Source: Candidatus Thalassarchaeaceae archaeon (GTDB lineage: Archaea > Thermoplasmatota > Poseidoniia > Poseidoniales > Thalassarchaeaceae). Taken from it: DNA of 25,149 nucleotides. The notes below the pieces were generated by a model. The model did not search any database. It saw only the letters and a program-made list of their open reading frames with translations, and was not told where the DNA came from. The DNA lies in NCBI GenBank assembly GCA_030747675.1, contig JASLKH010000007.1, positions 1 to 25,149 on the forward strand, written 5' to 3'. This document shows, in pieces, positions 16,907 through 25,149 of this stretch. The first letter of the stretch is position 1; each line of letters opens with the position of its first letter. A program made the position numbers and the translations under genes.

Positions 16907-18696
16907 TGACCCACCTCCTTCAATACATCTTTGATTAGTTCCGCATAGTGCCTTGCCCTTGGTGGCATTCCATCTGAATATGCGGCACTATGGACCTTCG
17001 GAATAAGTTCGTTCGGTAATTCACGTCGGAGGATTCCATACAGTTGTCCATCTCGATTGATTTCAAGGACAATGATAGTTTCATGTTCGCGAATAAATTG
17101 CTCAACAACAGGTGAAAGTGGTAAGGATCGAACTCGGCATTGACTGACCTTTCGACCAATTTCATGCTCAAGAATATCATCGATCTCCTGAATTGAATTC
17201 TCCATTGAACCATAGTAGATTATCCCTATTTCCTTTTCAAATTCATCCCTTAGAACGGGTTGTGGTAGCCACGTTCTTGCGTTATCCATCTTGCGTTTGA
17301 GCCGAGCCATCAAGGCATGATACACATCGGGTTTTTCCGAATAAATTCCATCTTCATCGTGTCCAGTACCTCTGTAAAGAATAGGGTCTAATCCCGAACC
17401 AGGTAACGTTCGGTATGGAATCCCGTCACCATCAACATCGCGATATCTACCATAGTTCTCAATAGCATCCAATTCTTCTTGAGTCCGAATTACTTTACCT
17501 CGGTCCATTGGAGTCTGTGGATACTCAAATCCTTTACACGCCCATCGATTCATACCTAAATCGAGATCACTAAATCCAAAGACAAGTGTTTGCAATCTTT
17601 CTGCTACGTCAAATGCCCTCCACCCAAATTCAAAACATTCTTCCATTGACCCCGGGATGAGTACTGGATGTGTTGTATCGCCGTGACTGGCTTCATACAG
17701 CATCGCCAAGTCACCTTGTTGGGTACGCGTAGGTAATCCAGTGGATGGTCCGGTACGATTTACGTCCCAAATGACTCCTGGGACCTCAGCAAAGTAGGCA
17801 AGACCAATGAATTCTGACATTAATGAGATACCAGGGCCCGATGTTGCAGTCATTGCGCGAATGCCTGACCAACCACCGCCGACAACCATGCCTGCCGCTG
17901 CTAACTCATCTTCAGCTTGTACAACTGCGCACAGGTGGTCTCCGTTTTCATCAGAGCGAAGTTCAGGAATGTATGCAATGATTCCCTCCGCCACACTGCT
18001 ACTTGGTGTAATTGGATACCAAGAAAGAAGGCCAACTCCACCATAATGGCACCCTAATGCCACAGCTTCGTTTCCATCAACAAGGAATGTATTTTCATCT
18101 TTATCACGCGCTTGAATTCTGAATGGTATTTCACTAGTTTCGACATTCTCCGATGTCCAATTACGTCCCATTGAAATAGCCTGAAGATTTAGATCGATTG
18201 CTCGCTCTTTACCTTTGAACTGACTCGCAGTTGTCGCTTCAAGAACAGTTTGATCCAATTCAAGAATCTCTGCTAAAACTCCAACATAAATCATATTTGC
18301 AATCATTCTAGCGAGTTTCGGATTCAATTCTCTTGCCATTTTTGTCATAGGAACACCGACGACAGTACAATCATCCCGTTCAACAGGCATCTTGACATTT
18401 GTATTGTAAATAATGAGTGTGTTTGGGAGACATTCAGCCACATCATTTTCCCAAGTTGCTTTGTTCATTAGAATCTGGATGTGAGTACGGTCTGCAGGGG
18501 CTTGATATCCATTATCACTGACTCTGACAATATACCATGTTGGCAATCCAGAAATATTGCTTGGAAACAAGTTTTTCCCACTTACTGGAACACCCATGTC
18601 AAACATTGTTTGTAGAAGAATTAGGTTCGCAGATTGAGACCCTGTCCCATTTGCTGTCGCGATGTTCAATTGGAAATCGTTGACAATCCGTTTCAT
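16903..18696 (-). CDS. korA: 2-oxoacid:ferredoxin oxidoreductase alpha subunit (gamma-alpha fusion)
   Basis: NGTGSQS, YPITPSS, QAEDELAA, TSGPGISLM and GPSTGLPT. ATGA overlap with korB. SD-like GAGGAG at 18713-18708. Substrate specificity is not determined. Confidence 0.93.
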   Translation of the reverse strand: MKRIVNDFQLNIATANGTGSQSANLILLQTMFDMGVPVSGKNLFPSNISGLPTWYIVRVSDNGYQAPADRTHIQILMNKATWENDVAECLPNTLIIYNTNVKMPVERDDCTVVGVPMTKMARELNPKLARMIANMIYVGVLAEILELDQTVLEATTASQFKGKERAIDLNLQAISMGRNWTSENVETSEIPFRIQARDKDENTFLVDGNEAVALGCHYGGVGLLSWYPITPSSSVAEGIIAYIPELRSDENGDHLCAVVQAEDELAAAGMVVGGGWSGIRAMTATSGPGISLMSEFIGLAYFAEVPGVIWDVNRTGPSTGLPTRTQQGDLAMLYEASHGDTTHPVLIPGSMEECFEFGWRAFDVAERLQTLVFGFSDLDLGMNRWACKGFEYPQTPMDRGKVIRTQEELDAIENYGRYRDVDGDGIPYRTLPGSGLDPILYRGTGHDEDGIYSEKPDVYHALMARLKRKMDNARTWLPQPVLRDEFEKEIGIIYYGSMENSIQEIDDILEHEIGRKVSQCRVRSLPLSPVVEQFIREHETIIVLEINRDGQLYGILRRELPNELIPKVHSAAYSDGMPPRARHYAELIKDVLKEVGQ

Positions 18697-18785
18697 CGGT
18701 GTCTTTTCTCCTCGTTGGGGGGGCGTAGCCCCCCTCGCACGTAGCGTGACCCCGAGTCGGCCCGATAATAGGTATTGCCATCGCC
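18697..18785 (-). promoter_or_regulatory. GC-rich structured putative 5' leader of korAB
   Basis: Hairpins GGGGGGC-TAC-GCCCCCC (18734-18718) and CACG-CTA-CGTG (18748-18738). SD-like GAGGAG. TATA-like TTTTATTC at 18809-18802. Confidence 0.45.
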
Positions 18786-18919
18786 CTCCCTACTGCATGA
18801 CGAATAAAATCATCTTCGCAGTGTATCGATTATGTTATTTCTAAAGGCGCTCTTGTTCAAAAATTCTTCAACCCCTCCTTTCCGCTGCGGTTTTGAAGGA
18901 GACCGGAGTCGGCTGCCTC

Positions 18920-20026
18920 ATGGCATCCGACGCGCTCAAGCAAGCATGGGATTCTGCACAAAAGAAAATTGACAAAGGTGAAGCTGAATCTGCCCTCGAA
19001 ATACTGCGTACAGACGCAGCCGATGATGCAGCTCTCAAAGAAGTTACAACTTGGCGAATTGCAGGAGATGCGAAGGCACATCTTGCTCGTGAATCTGGTA
19101 TCAAGAAAATGTATAGAGATGCTGTAAATCATTATGAACAGGCCCTCAAATGCAACCAGAATGACAAGAAATCCCGTCGTGCTCTGAATAGCCTTCGATC
19201 CGAGATGGATGGCTTAGGTATTAGGGCCGGTGGTAAGGCCGTTTTTTGGGATGACGGTGCTCCAACGTTTGTCGGTTTAGTTGCCTTTGTAGTCGTAATT
19301 GGATTGCTATTAGTTAGTTTGAAGGTTATTCCTGATTATTTGGCAGAGGAGGTAGAATATGATGCAATTATTGAGATTGAGTTGTATCCCGATGCTGCCC
19401 CAAAAACAGTTGCTTCGTTCAAAGAGCATGCTGCTGAAGGTCGGTATGATGGTATTGTTTTTCATAGAATCATTGATGGATTTATGATACAAGGTGGTGA
19501 CATTGAGAATGGTGATATCGCATCAGGATGGTCCTCGGCAGGCACAGGTGGATATTCTGCGATATATTACAATCAAGGTCAGCAAAATGACATGACATCT
19601 TGGACAATGCCCGATGAATTTGATTCAAGTTATAGGCACGCCCCGGGCATTCTTGCAATGGCTAATTCAGGGCCTAATACAGGGGGTAGCCAGTTTTATC
19701 TTGTGGATAAGGATAGTACACCTTCTCACTTAGATGACAAGCATTCAGTATTCGGATTAGCAGTATCGGGCGAATGGATGGGTGATGAAATGAGTGGAAT
19801 TAATGTAATTGATCACATTAGCACAGTACCAGTGGATGAAAGCAAACCTACATCTCAAATCCCAACCATTCAGAAAGTAGAGATTAATGGCGATCAAGCA
19901 ACTATGTACATCAATTTGTTGGATGAAGATGGAAATCGAGACGGGTCGAATAGTCTGCCTGGTTTCTCAGTTATGGCAAGCATGGGTACATTGATGTTGG
20001 CAGCAGTGGCCATTCGTCGTCTGTGA
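18920..20026 (+). CDS. Cyclophilin-type PPIase fused to an N-terminal TPR-like domain and TM helix, with a PGF-CTERM-like tail
   Basis: Helical YRDAVNHYEQALKCNQND TPR-like segment, TM FVGLVAFVVVIGLLLVSL, FHRIIDGFMIQGGD, LAMANSGPNTGGSQFY, LDDKHSVFG, and tail LPGFSVMASMGTLMLAAVAIRRL. Start chosen at ATG 18920. Confidence 0.88.
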   Translation: MASDALKQAWDSAQKKIDKGEAESALEILRTDAADDAALKEVTTWRIAGDAKAHLARESGIKKMYRDAVNHYEQALKCNQNDKKSRRALNSLRSEMDGLGIRAGGKAVFWDDGAPTFVGLVAFVVVIGLLLVSLKVIPDYLAEEVEYDAIIEIELYPDAAPKTVASFKEHAAEGRYDGIVFHRIIDGFMIQGGDIENGDIASGWSSAGTGGYSAIYYNQGQQNDMTSWTMPDEFDSSYRHAPGILAMANSGPNTGGSQFYLVDKDSTPSHLDDKHSVFGLAVSGEWMGDEMSGINVIDHISTVPVDESKPTSQIPTIQKVEINGDQATMYINLLDEDGNRDGSNSLPGFSVMASMGTLMLAAVAIRRL

Positions 20027-20057
20027 AATCCACACTGGTAAACAATGAGGTGTTTTG

Positions 20058-22739
20058 ATGGTAGCACAAGATTTGTTTGGAGCAGTACGCACATTCACTA
20101 CGCATGATGGGTCTACTGCATCTTTTGCTGATTTGCATGTAATTCAAGAATCTGGGATTTGCAACCTTTCAAAATTGCCATGCACGATTCGGGTTTTACT
20201 TGAAGCAGCACTTCGAAATTGTGATGGATTTTTAGTCACAAAGGAAGACGTTAATCGAATAGCATCTTGGTCCCCAACACAGACTCCCTCTGAAGTCCCT
20301 TTCATGCCTTCACGAGTTATTCTTCAAGATTTCACAGGTGTACCTGCTGTTGTTGATATTGCTGCGTTACGTGATGCAATGGTCGCTTTGGGCGGTGATC
20401 CAAAGAAGGTCAACCCCCAGGTGCCAGTTGATTTAGTCATTGACCATTCAGTGCAAGTAGATGTTTCGGGACTGTTCCCTGAAGCGAGAGAAAAAAACCT
20501 TGAAATTGAATACAAGAGAAATATGGAAAGGTACCAATTCCTAAAGTGGGGGCAACAAAGCCTTGACAATTTCCGAGCAGTACCTCCAGGTAGAGGAATT
20601 GTTCACCAAGTGAATTTGGAATGGATCGCATCCGTGGCTCGTGCAGAAGATGGAATGTGGATGCCCGACACTCTTGTTGGAACTGATTCCCATACAACGA
20701 TGATTAATGGATTAGGAGTTCTTGGATGGGGTGTTGGAGGAATTGAGGCTGAAGCAGTAATGCTTGGTCAACCAATTTACATGCTTCTTCCTGAAGTAGT
20801 TGGATTTGAACTCAAAGGCTCTCTTAAACCAGGCGTTACTGCTACAGATATGACTCTGCACATAGTGCAGATGTTACGCGAGCATGGTGTAGTTGGTAAA
20901 TTCGTTGAATTTCATGGAGAGGGAATGTCATCACTAACCTTGCCAGATAGAGCTACCATTGCTAATATGGCCCCAGAATATGGTGCGACTTGCGGCTTCT
21001 TCCCTGTTGATGAAATCACGCTGGAATATCTTCGCTTATCTGGTAGAGATTCGGGGCACATAGAGGATGTGAAGAGGTATTTTAGTGCCCAGGGAATGTT
21101 CTATGATTCCGAAACTCCCACACCTGATTTCACCTCTTCTCTTTCACTTGACTTGTCCTCAGTTGAACCTGCAATGGCGGGCCCTAAGCGACCTCAGGAT
21201 AGGGTGGAACTTTCTGAAATGAAAGCACACTGGAAGAAATCATTGAATGCACCAGTTGGCCATTCAGGTCATGGGGTAGACCAGAGTAATAATGATGCAA
21301 ATGTTCAGGTTGGAGATTACAAATTGAAACATGGCGACATCGTCATTTCTGCTATTACATCCTGTACGAATACGAGTAACCCATCAGTGATGCTTGGTGC
21401 AGGAATCCTAGCACGTAACGCATTGGGGTGTGGGTTAAGTATAGCACCATGGGTGAAACCTAGCCTTGCACCTGGAAGTCGAGTTGTGACAGAATATTTT
21501 GATCGTGCAGGCTTAACAGAATCATTGAATGAATTGGGATTCCATAATGTGGGCTATGGTTGTACGACTTGTATTGGCAATTCAGGTCCACTCGATGAAG
21601 CGATTGAAAATGCTATTGACGAAGGAAACCTCATCGTTGGTTCAGTGATATCAGGGAATAGAAATTTTGAGGGGCGAGTTCATCAGAAGGTCAAAGCATC
21701 ATATTTAGCAAGCCCACCTTTAGTTGTGGCGTATGCTATTGCAGGGACTCTTAACATTGATTTTGATGAAGACCCAATCGGTCATGATTTTAACGGTAAT
21801 CCTGTGATGCTAGCAGATATTTGGCCTTCAGATCAAGAAATTCGTGAAACAATGGCAGTTGCGATTACACCAGAGATGTTCAATGAGCGATACTCCACCG
21901 TCATGAATGAACCTCGTTGGAATGCCATACCCTCTGCATCAACAGATCTTTACCCTTGGAATGAAGAGAGCACATATGTACGTCTCCCTTCATTTTTTGA
22001 GGGAATCCAAGCAGAACCTGCCCCCATTTCCCAAATTAAAGGGGCGCATGTATTATTGAAGTTAGGCGATAGTGTGACAACAGATCATATTTCACCCGCG
22101 GGAGCTTTCCCCCATACGGGGCCTGCAGGTCAATATTTGGTTGACAACGGAGTCGCACCGAGAGATTTCAATTCGTTTGGTAGTCGTCGTGGTAATCATG
22201 AGGTGATGATGCGTGGTACGTTTGCTAATGTTCGTATCAGAAACCAATGTGCACCGGGTACAGAAGGTGGTTACACTACTCATTTCCCTTCAGGAGATGT
22301 TCTGAGTGTTTACGATGCATCCATGCAGTACCAATCAGAAGGAACTTCCTTGGTGGTATTAGCAGGAGAGCAATATGGCACAGGTTCTTCTCGAGATTGG
22401 GCTGCTAAAGGGACACTTTTACTTGGAGTAAAAGCAGTCATTGCCACCTCGTTTGAACGAATCCACCGTTCCAATCTTGTTGGCATGGGGGTCCTACCTT
22501 TGACATTCCCGCATGGAGAAAATGCTGACAGTTTGAATTTAGATGGGACTGAAACTTTTGATATACCTGCAAGTGCGGATTTAATCCCCTTGAGTGAGAT
22601 ACCTGTTGTAGTAACAAAGAGAGACGGTTCAAAAATTGAATTCAATGCAGTAGTACGATTAGACACACCTGTTGAAGTGGAATATTATCGCAATGGTGGA
22701 ATTTTACAAACTGTGTTGAGAAATCTTTCAAAGTCGTAA
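20058..22739 (+). CDS. acnA: Aconitate hydratase A (AcnA/IRP1 type)
   Basis: RVILQDFTGVPAVVD, GTDSHTTM, ITSCTNTSNP, YGCTTCIGNSG, TTDHISPAG and YGTGSSRDWAAKG. SD GAGGTG at 20047-20052. Confidence 0.97.
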   Translation: MVAQDLFGAVRTFTTHDGSTASFADLHVIQESGICNLSKLPCTIRVLLEAALRNCDGFLVTKEDVNRIASWSPTQTPSEVPFMPSRVILQDFTGVPAVVDIAALRDAMVALGGDPKKVNPQVPVDLVIDHSVQVDVSGLFPEAREKNLEIEYKRNMERYQFLKWGQQSLDNFRAVPPGRGIVHQVNLEWIASVARAEDGMWMPDTLVGTDSHTTMINGLGVLGWGVGGIEAEAVMLGQPIYMLLPEVVGFELKGSLKPGVTATDMTLHIVQMLREHGVVGKFVEFHGEGMSSLTLPDRATIANMAPEYGATCGFFPVDEITLEYLRLSGRDSGHIEDVKRYFSAQGMFYDSETPTPDFTSSLSLDLSSVEPAMAGPKRPQDRVELSEMKAHWKKSLNAPVGHSGHGVDQSNNDANVQVGDYKLKHGDIVISAITSCTNTSNPSVMLGAGILARNALGCGLSIAPWVKPSLAPGSRVVTEYFDRAGLTESLNELGFHNVGYGCTTCIGNSGPLDEAIENAIDEGNLIVGSVISGNRNFEGRVHQKVKASYLASPPLVVAYAIAGTLNIDFDEDPIGHDFNGNPVMLADIWPSDQEIRETMAVAITPEMFNERYSTVMNEPRWNAIPSASTDLYPWNEESTYVRLPSFFEGIQAEPAPISQIKGAHVLLKLGDSVTTDHISPAGAFPHTGPAGQYLVDNGVAPRDFNSFGSRRGNHEVMMRGTFANVRIRNQCAPGTEGGYTTHFPSGDVLSVYDASMQYQSEGTSLVVLAGEQYGTGSSRDWAAKGTLLLGVKAVIATSFERIHRSNLVGMGVLPLTFPHGENADSLNLDGTETFDIPASADLIPLSEIPVVVTKRDGSKIEFNAVVRLDTPVEVEYYRNGGILQTVLRNLSKS

Positions 22740-22803
22740 ACCGACATTTCCATAGTCCCATGTTCCGTGTGGTTCAAAGACCGTTTGCAGTCAGAACCGG
22801 TTG

Positions 22804-23487
22804 ATGTCGACATTGAAGGGCCCCGTGCGTTTTCGATTTCGACGTCCAGAAGATGACGTTGATGTCTTAATTCAAGGCGATATTGAATGGGTTGAGGCAT
22901 TACGGAGTGACTTGGGTTTGGCTGACGTTGGCTGGATCCAACCAATTGCAGCAACCGGCCGTACTGCACCGAATCCTAGTGCTGAAGAAAGTGACAACGA
23001 TGATGAGGGTTATGAAATAACAGAGGAAGATTCAGTACTTCTCGAGTCTGATACTGAGCCTGTTTTACCAGGTCCACCTCCAGATCCAAGTAGAATTCCT
23101 GTTGTTAGAAGAATTGTTGGGAGCATGGATTTGGATGAGGAGATGGAAAAGTTAGGGATTGAGAGCCCCAAGTCCCCTACTGCCGAGGAGTTATCTGATT
23201 TACTTTCAGAAATGGATGAACCTGAACCAATTACAACTCAAGTTTCTACAGACCCAATTGCAGAGGCATGGCTACAGCGATTGATGAAGATTGCAGTTAG
23301 AAAATTTGGTGTGACCGCCATTCCAGTAGAGGTGATTGATAGTGCTGCTTGTGAGCAGTTAGAACGTTCCGGAACTGAATTGGAGATATGGCTTGAAGGT
23401 ATGTGGAGATTAGGGAAATTGGTCAAAGTGCATGGCGGTGGCCGCTTCGGATATGGTCCAAGTCCTAGGTGGCTAGAGGCAGATTAA
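22804..23487 (+). CDS. Hypothetical protein: small N-terminal beta/alpha domain, acidic Pro-rich linker, C-terminal winged-helix-like domain
   Basis: 227-aa ORF from ATG 22804. The domain reading is by eye only. Confidence 0.6.
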   Translation: MSTLKGPVRFRFRRPEDDVDVLIQGDIEWVEALRSDLGLADVGWIQPIAATGRTAPNPSAEESDNDDEGYEITEEDSVLLESDTEPVLPGPPPDPSRIPVVRRIVGSMDLDEEMEKLGIESPKSPTAEELSDLLSEMDEPEPITTQVSTDPIAEAWLQRLMKIAVRKFGVTAIPVEVIDSAACEQLERSGTELEIWLEGMWRLGKLVKVHGGGRFGYGPSPRWLEAD

Positions 23488-23645
23488 AACCCCCCTATAT
23501 TCCAATGATTTGGCGACCATTGAACAGAAGCACTAGTTCATACATCAAACGACTCACTGCGACCCATTAGTGCGTGTATGCTTCACGCGCACGCGAGGGG
23601 AACTATTGAATAGCGTCGTTTGAACCGGGGGACTGCGTGGATAAC

Positions 23646-25149
23646 ATGTTGAATCAACATAGAGACTTGAATAGAGCGCGTGTGCGCAGCTTGACATTGG
23701 TAATTTTGATGCTAGGATCGATATTCCTTTCGTTTGCCCCAGCAGTAACAGCAAGCCATGTCGAGACGTACAATACGCAGAGAAACCCGATTGCCATTGC
23801 TTCTGGTGATTTAGATTGTGATAATGACCCAGATATTGTGACTGGTAGTGAAATGGGAATGTTCCTTTCCGTCCTTTACAACGATGATGGAGATTTCTCC
23901 GAACGTAGCGACATCAGAGTTTCTAACAATAATTCACGACGTGCAACATGGTTCGATCTTGCTGACGCTTCTGATGTTGCAATTGGTGACATTGATGATG
24001 ATGGAGCAAATGATATCATTTATTTCCAGCAGAATGTCTGGGTTGCTGGTGCTTCAGCACCCCCGCAGGGCAATGTCACAATCATTTCAGGTGATTGTGG
24101 AAGCGATGTTAGTGAATGGACACAATCCACGCCAATTACAGTGTCCCCCTTCCTAATTGGTATGGAAGTAGCGGATGTCAATGATGATGGTAAATTAGAC
24201 ATTGTCACTCTAGCAATTGACGAAACTCAAACCAATATGGAATTGATGATTATGCGGGGTCCTAACCCTACCCAGCAAACCAGCCAATCCGTGACCAATA
24301 TACCATTGACAACATCCTATTACTATTCAATGGCCCTAGGAAATTGGGGCGAAACTGTACAAGGCGGTGGTCTTCCGGGACAAACTGGAGATTGTGAAGA
24401 CCTTGATGTTTGGATGATGTCTTCGCCACCGTACAATGGGCCACAAACTGGTTTTAGTGCAGGTAATTTCGACAATCTAACAGTTCTTGAGTACAATTGT
24501 CTTACCAATACATTCGAAAATCCAACAACAAGTACGACTGGTACTCACGTTTTCCCATTGAACAGTAACGACTGTCCTTGCTTTGGTTTTGACGTTGCAG
24601 ATACAGATAATGACAACGTTGTCGACATGATTGCTGGTGTAGAAGGTTGGCAACAGAATATCACTTACGCTACAAGATCTGCCGCAGGTGCAAACTGGAA
24701 TGTTGGCAATAAGGCAAACATTGGCCAATTCGTTGGAGCAGATGTAACCATTTCCGATATTAATCAAGATGGAAGCCCAGATTTCCTTGTACCTACTGAA
24801 TTGACAGTATCATCAGTCAATAGTGCAGGTTCTGGTCAACAACGCTCTTTGACAACAGATAACTTGCGTGACATCAACACAGTCAACATCATTTTGAATG
24901 ATGGTAATGGAAATTATCTCAGTCCACAGACTTTCAATGTAGGGCGTCGACCGACGATGGTAATTGCCGATCAATTTTCTGGTGGTCCAAACAGTGCATT
25001 AGATTTAGCGGTGGGTCAGAAAGATTATGCATACACATATTCAAACGGAGCAATGTGGATTGATTCGAAAGGATGGGCTGGATCTCTTGACACAATTTCT
25101 ATTGTTGAACTAGATTCCGAAGATGTCGGAATTGGTGGAGTGACCGTCT
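23646..25149 (+). CDS. Large secreted FG-GAP/VCBS-repeat beta-propeller protein, 3' end outside the window; absent from the ORF track
   Basis: I translated it by hand and found no stop in 501 codons: MLNQHRDLNRARVRSLTLVILMLGSIFLSFAPAVTA (signal peptide), then SGDLDCDNDPDIVTG, GDIDDDGANDII, ADVNDDGKLDIVT, ADTDNDNVVDMIAG, SDINQDGSPDFLV and NDGNGNY. An in-frame GTG at 23637 is an alternative start. Confidence 0.88.
   Translation, partial: MLNQHRDLNRARVRSLTLVILMLGSIFLSFAPAVTASHVETYNTQRNPIAIASGDLDCDNDPDIVTGSEMGMFLSVLYNDDGDFSERSDIRVSNNNSRRATWFDLADASDVAIGDIDDDGANDIIYFQQNVWVAGASAPPQGNVTIISGDCGSDVSEWTQSTPITVSPFLIGMEVADVNDDGKLDIVTLAIDETQTNMELMIMRGPNPTQQTSQSVTNIPLTTSYYYSMALGNWGETVQGGGLPGQTGDCEDLDVWMMSSPPYNGPQTGFSAGNFDNLTVLEYNCLTNTFENPTTSTTGTHVFPLNSNDCPCFGFDVADTDNDNVVDMIAGVEGWQQNITYATRSAAGANWNVGNKANIGQFVGADVTISDINQDGSPDFLVPTELTVSSVNSAGSGQQRSLTTDNLRDINTVNIILNDGNGNYLSPQTFNVGRRPTMVIADQFSGGPNSALDLAVGQKDYAYTYSNGAMWIDSKGWAGSLDTISIVELDSEDVGIGGVTV

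Noticed and set aside
18697-18919. TPP riboswitch upstream of the TPP-dependent korAB
   Set aside because: The conserved CUGAGA and ACCUGA elements are absent on both strands.
20058-22739. Iron-responsive-element stem-loops for AcnA near the metal genes
   Set aside because: I saw no convincing CAGUGH-loop hairpin in the intergenic regions by eye.
708-24767. The many short (60-166 aa) alternative-frame and antisense ORFs in the track, for example 3260-3760, 4101-4505, 22310-22666 and 23848-24156
   Set aside because: All lie within well-supported longer genes and show no recognisable motifs. They are shadow ORFs.

Overview
Gene-dense, fairly AT-rich archaeal chromosomal segment with no mobile elements or CRISPR. 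The lineage is most likely Marine Group II / Ca. Poseidoniales. This is an inference from the archaeal-type tRNA-Gln with an A1-U72 pair, PGF-CTERM tails, mostly leaderless genes, many acidic surface proteins with DxDxDG repeats, and several bacterial-type enzymes. Housekeeping and metabolic genes: a partial Tyw2/Trm5-like methyltransferase, CdsA, Orn, KorAB, AcnA and tRNA-Gln(CTG). Extracytoplasmic folding and hydrolytic proteins: two cyclophilins, a thioredoxin-like lipoprotein, a CocE/NonD hydrolase, a SASA acetylesterase, a purple acid phosphatase, and an FG-GAP propeller protein that runs off the window end and is missing from the ORF track. Also present are a stand-alone receiver protein, a JAB/MPN protein and an MFS-HAD pair. 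The best candidates for undescribed biology are: (1) a NikR-fold regulator with altered metal ligands, divergent from a His-rich ZIP9-like transporter, with a 6-16-6 palindrome over the TATA box; (2) a GC-rich, possibly switchable 5' leader on korAB; (3) a recurring TTGA-type TATA variant often built on the upstream stop codon; (4) a Trp-rich C-terminal module shared by unrelated proteins; (5) bacterial-type cdsA and orn in an archaeon. All family calls are by motif recognition only; no database searches were run.
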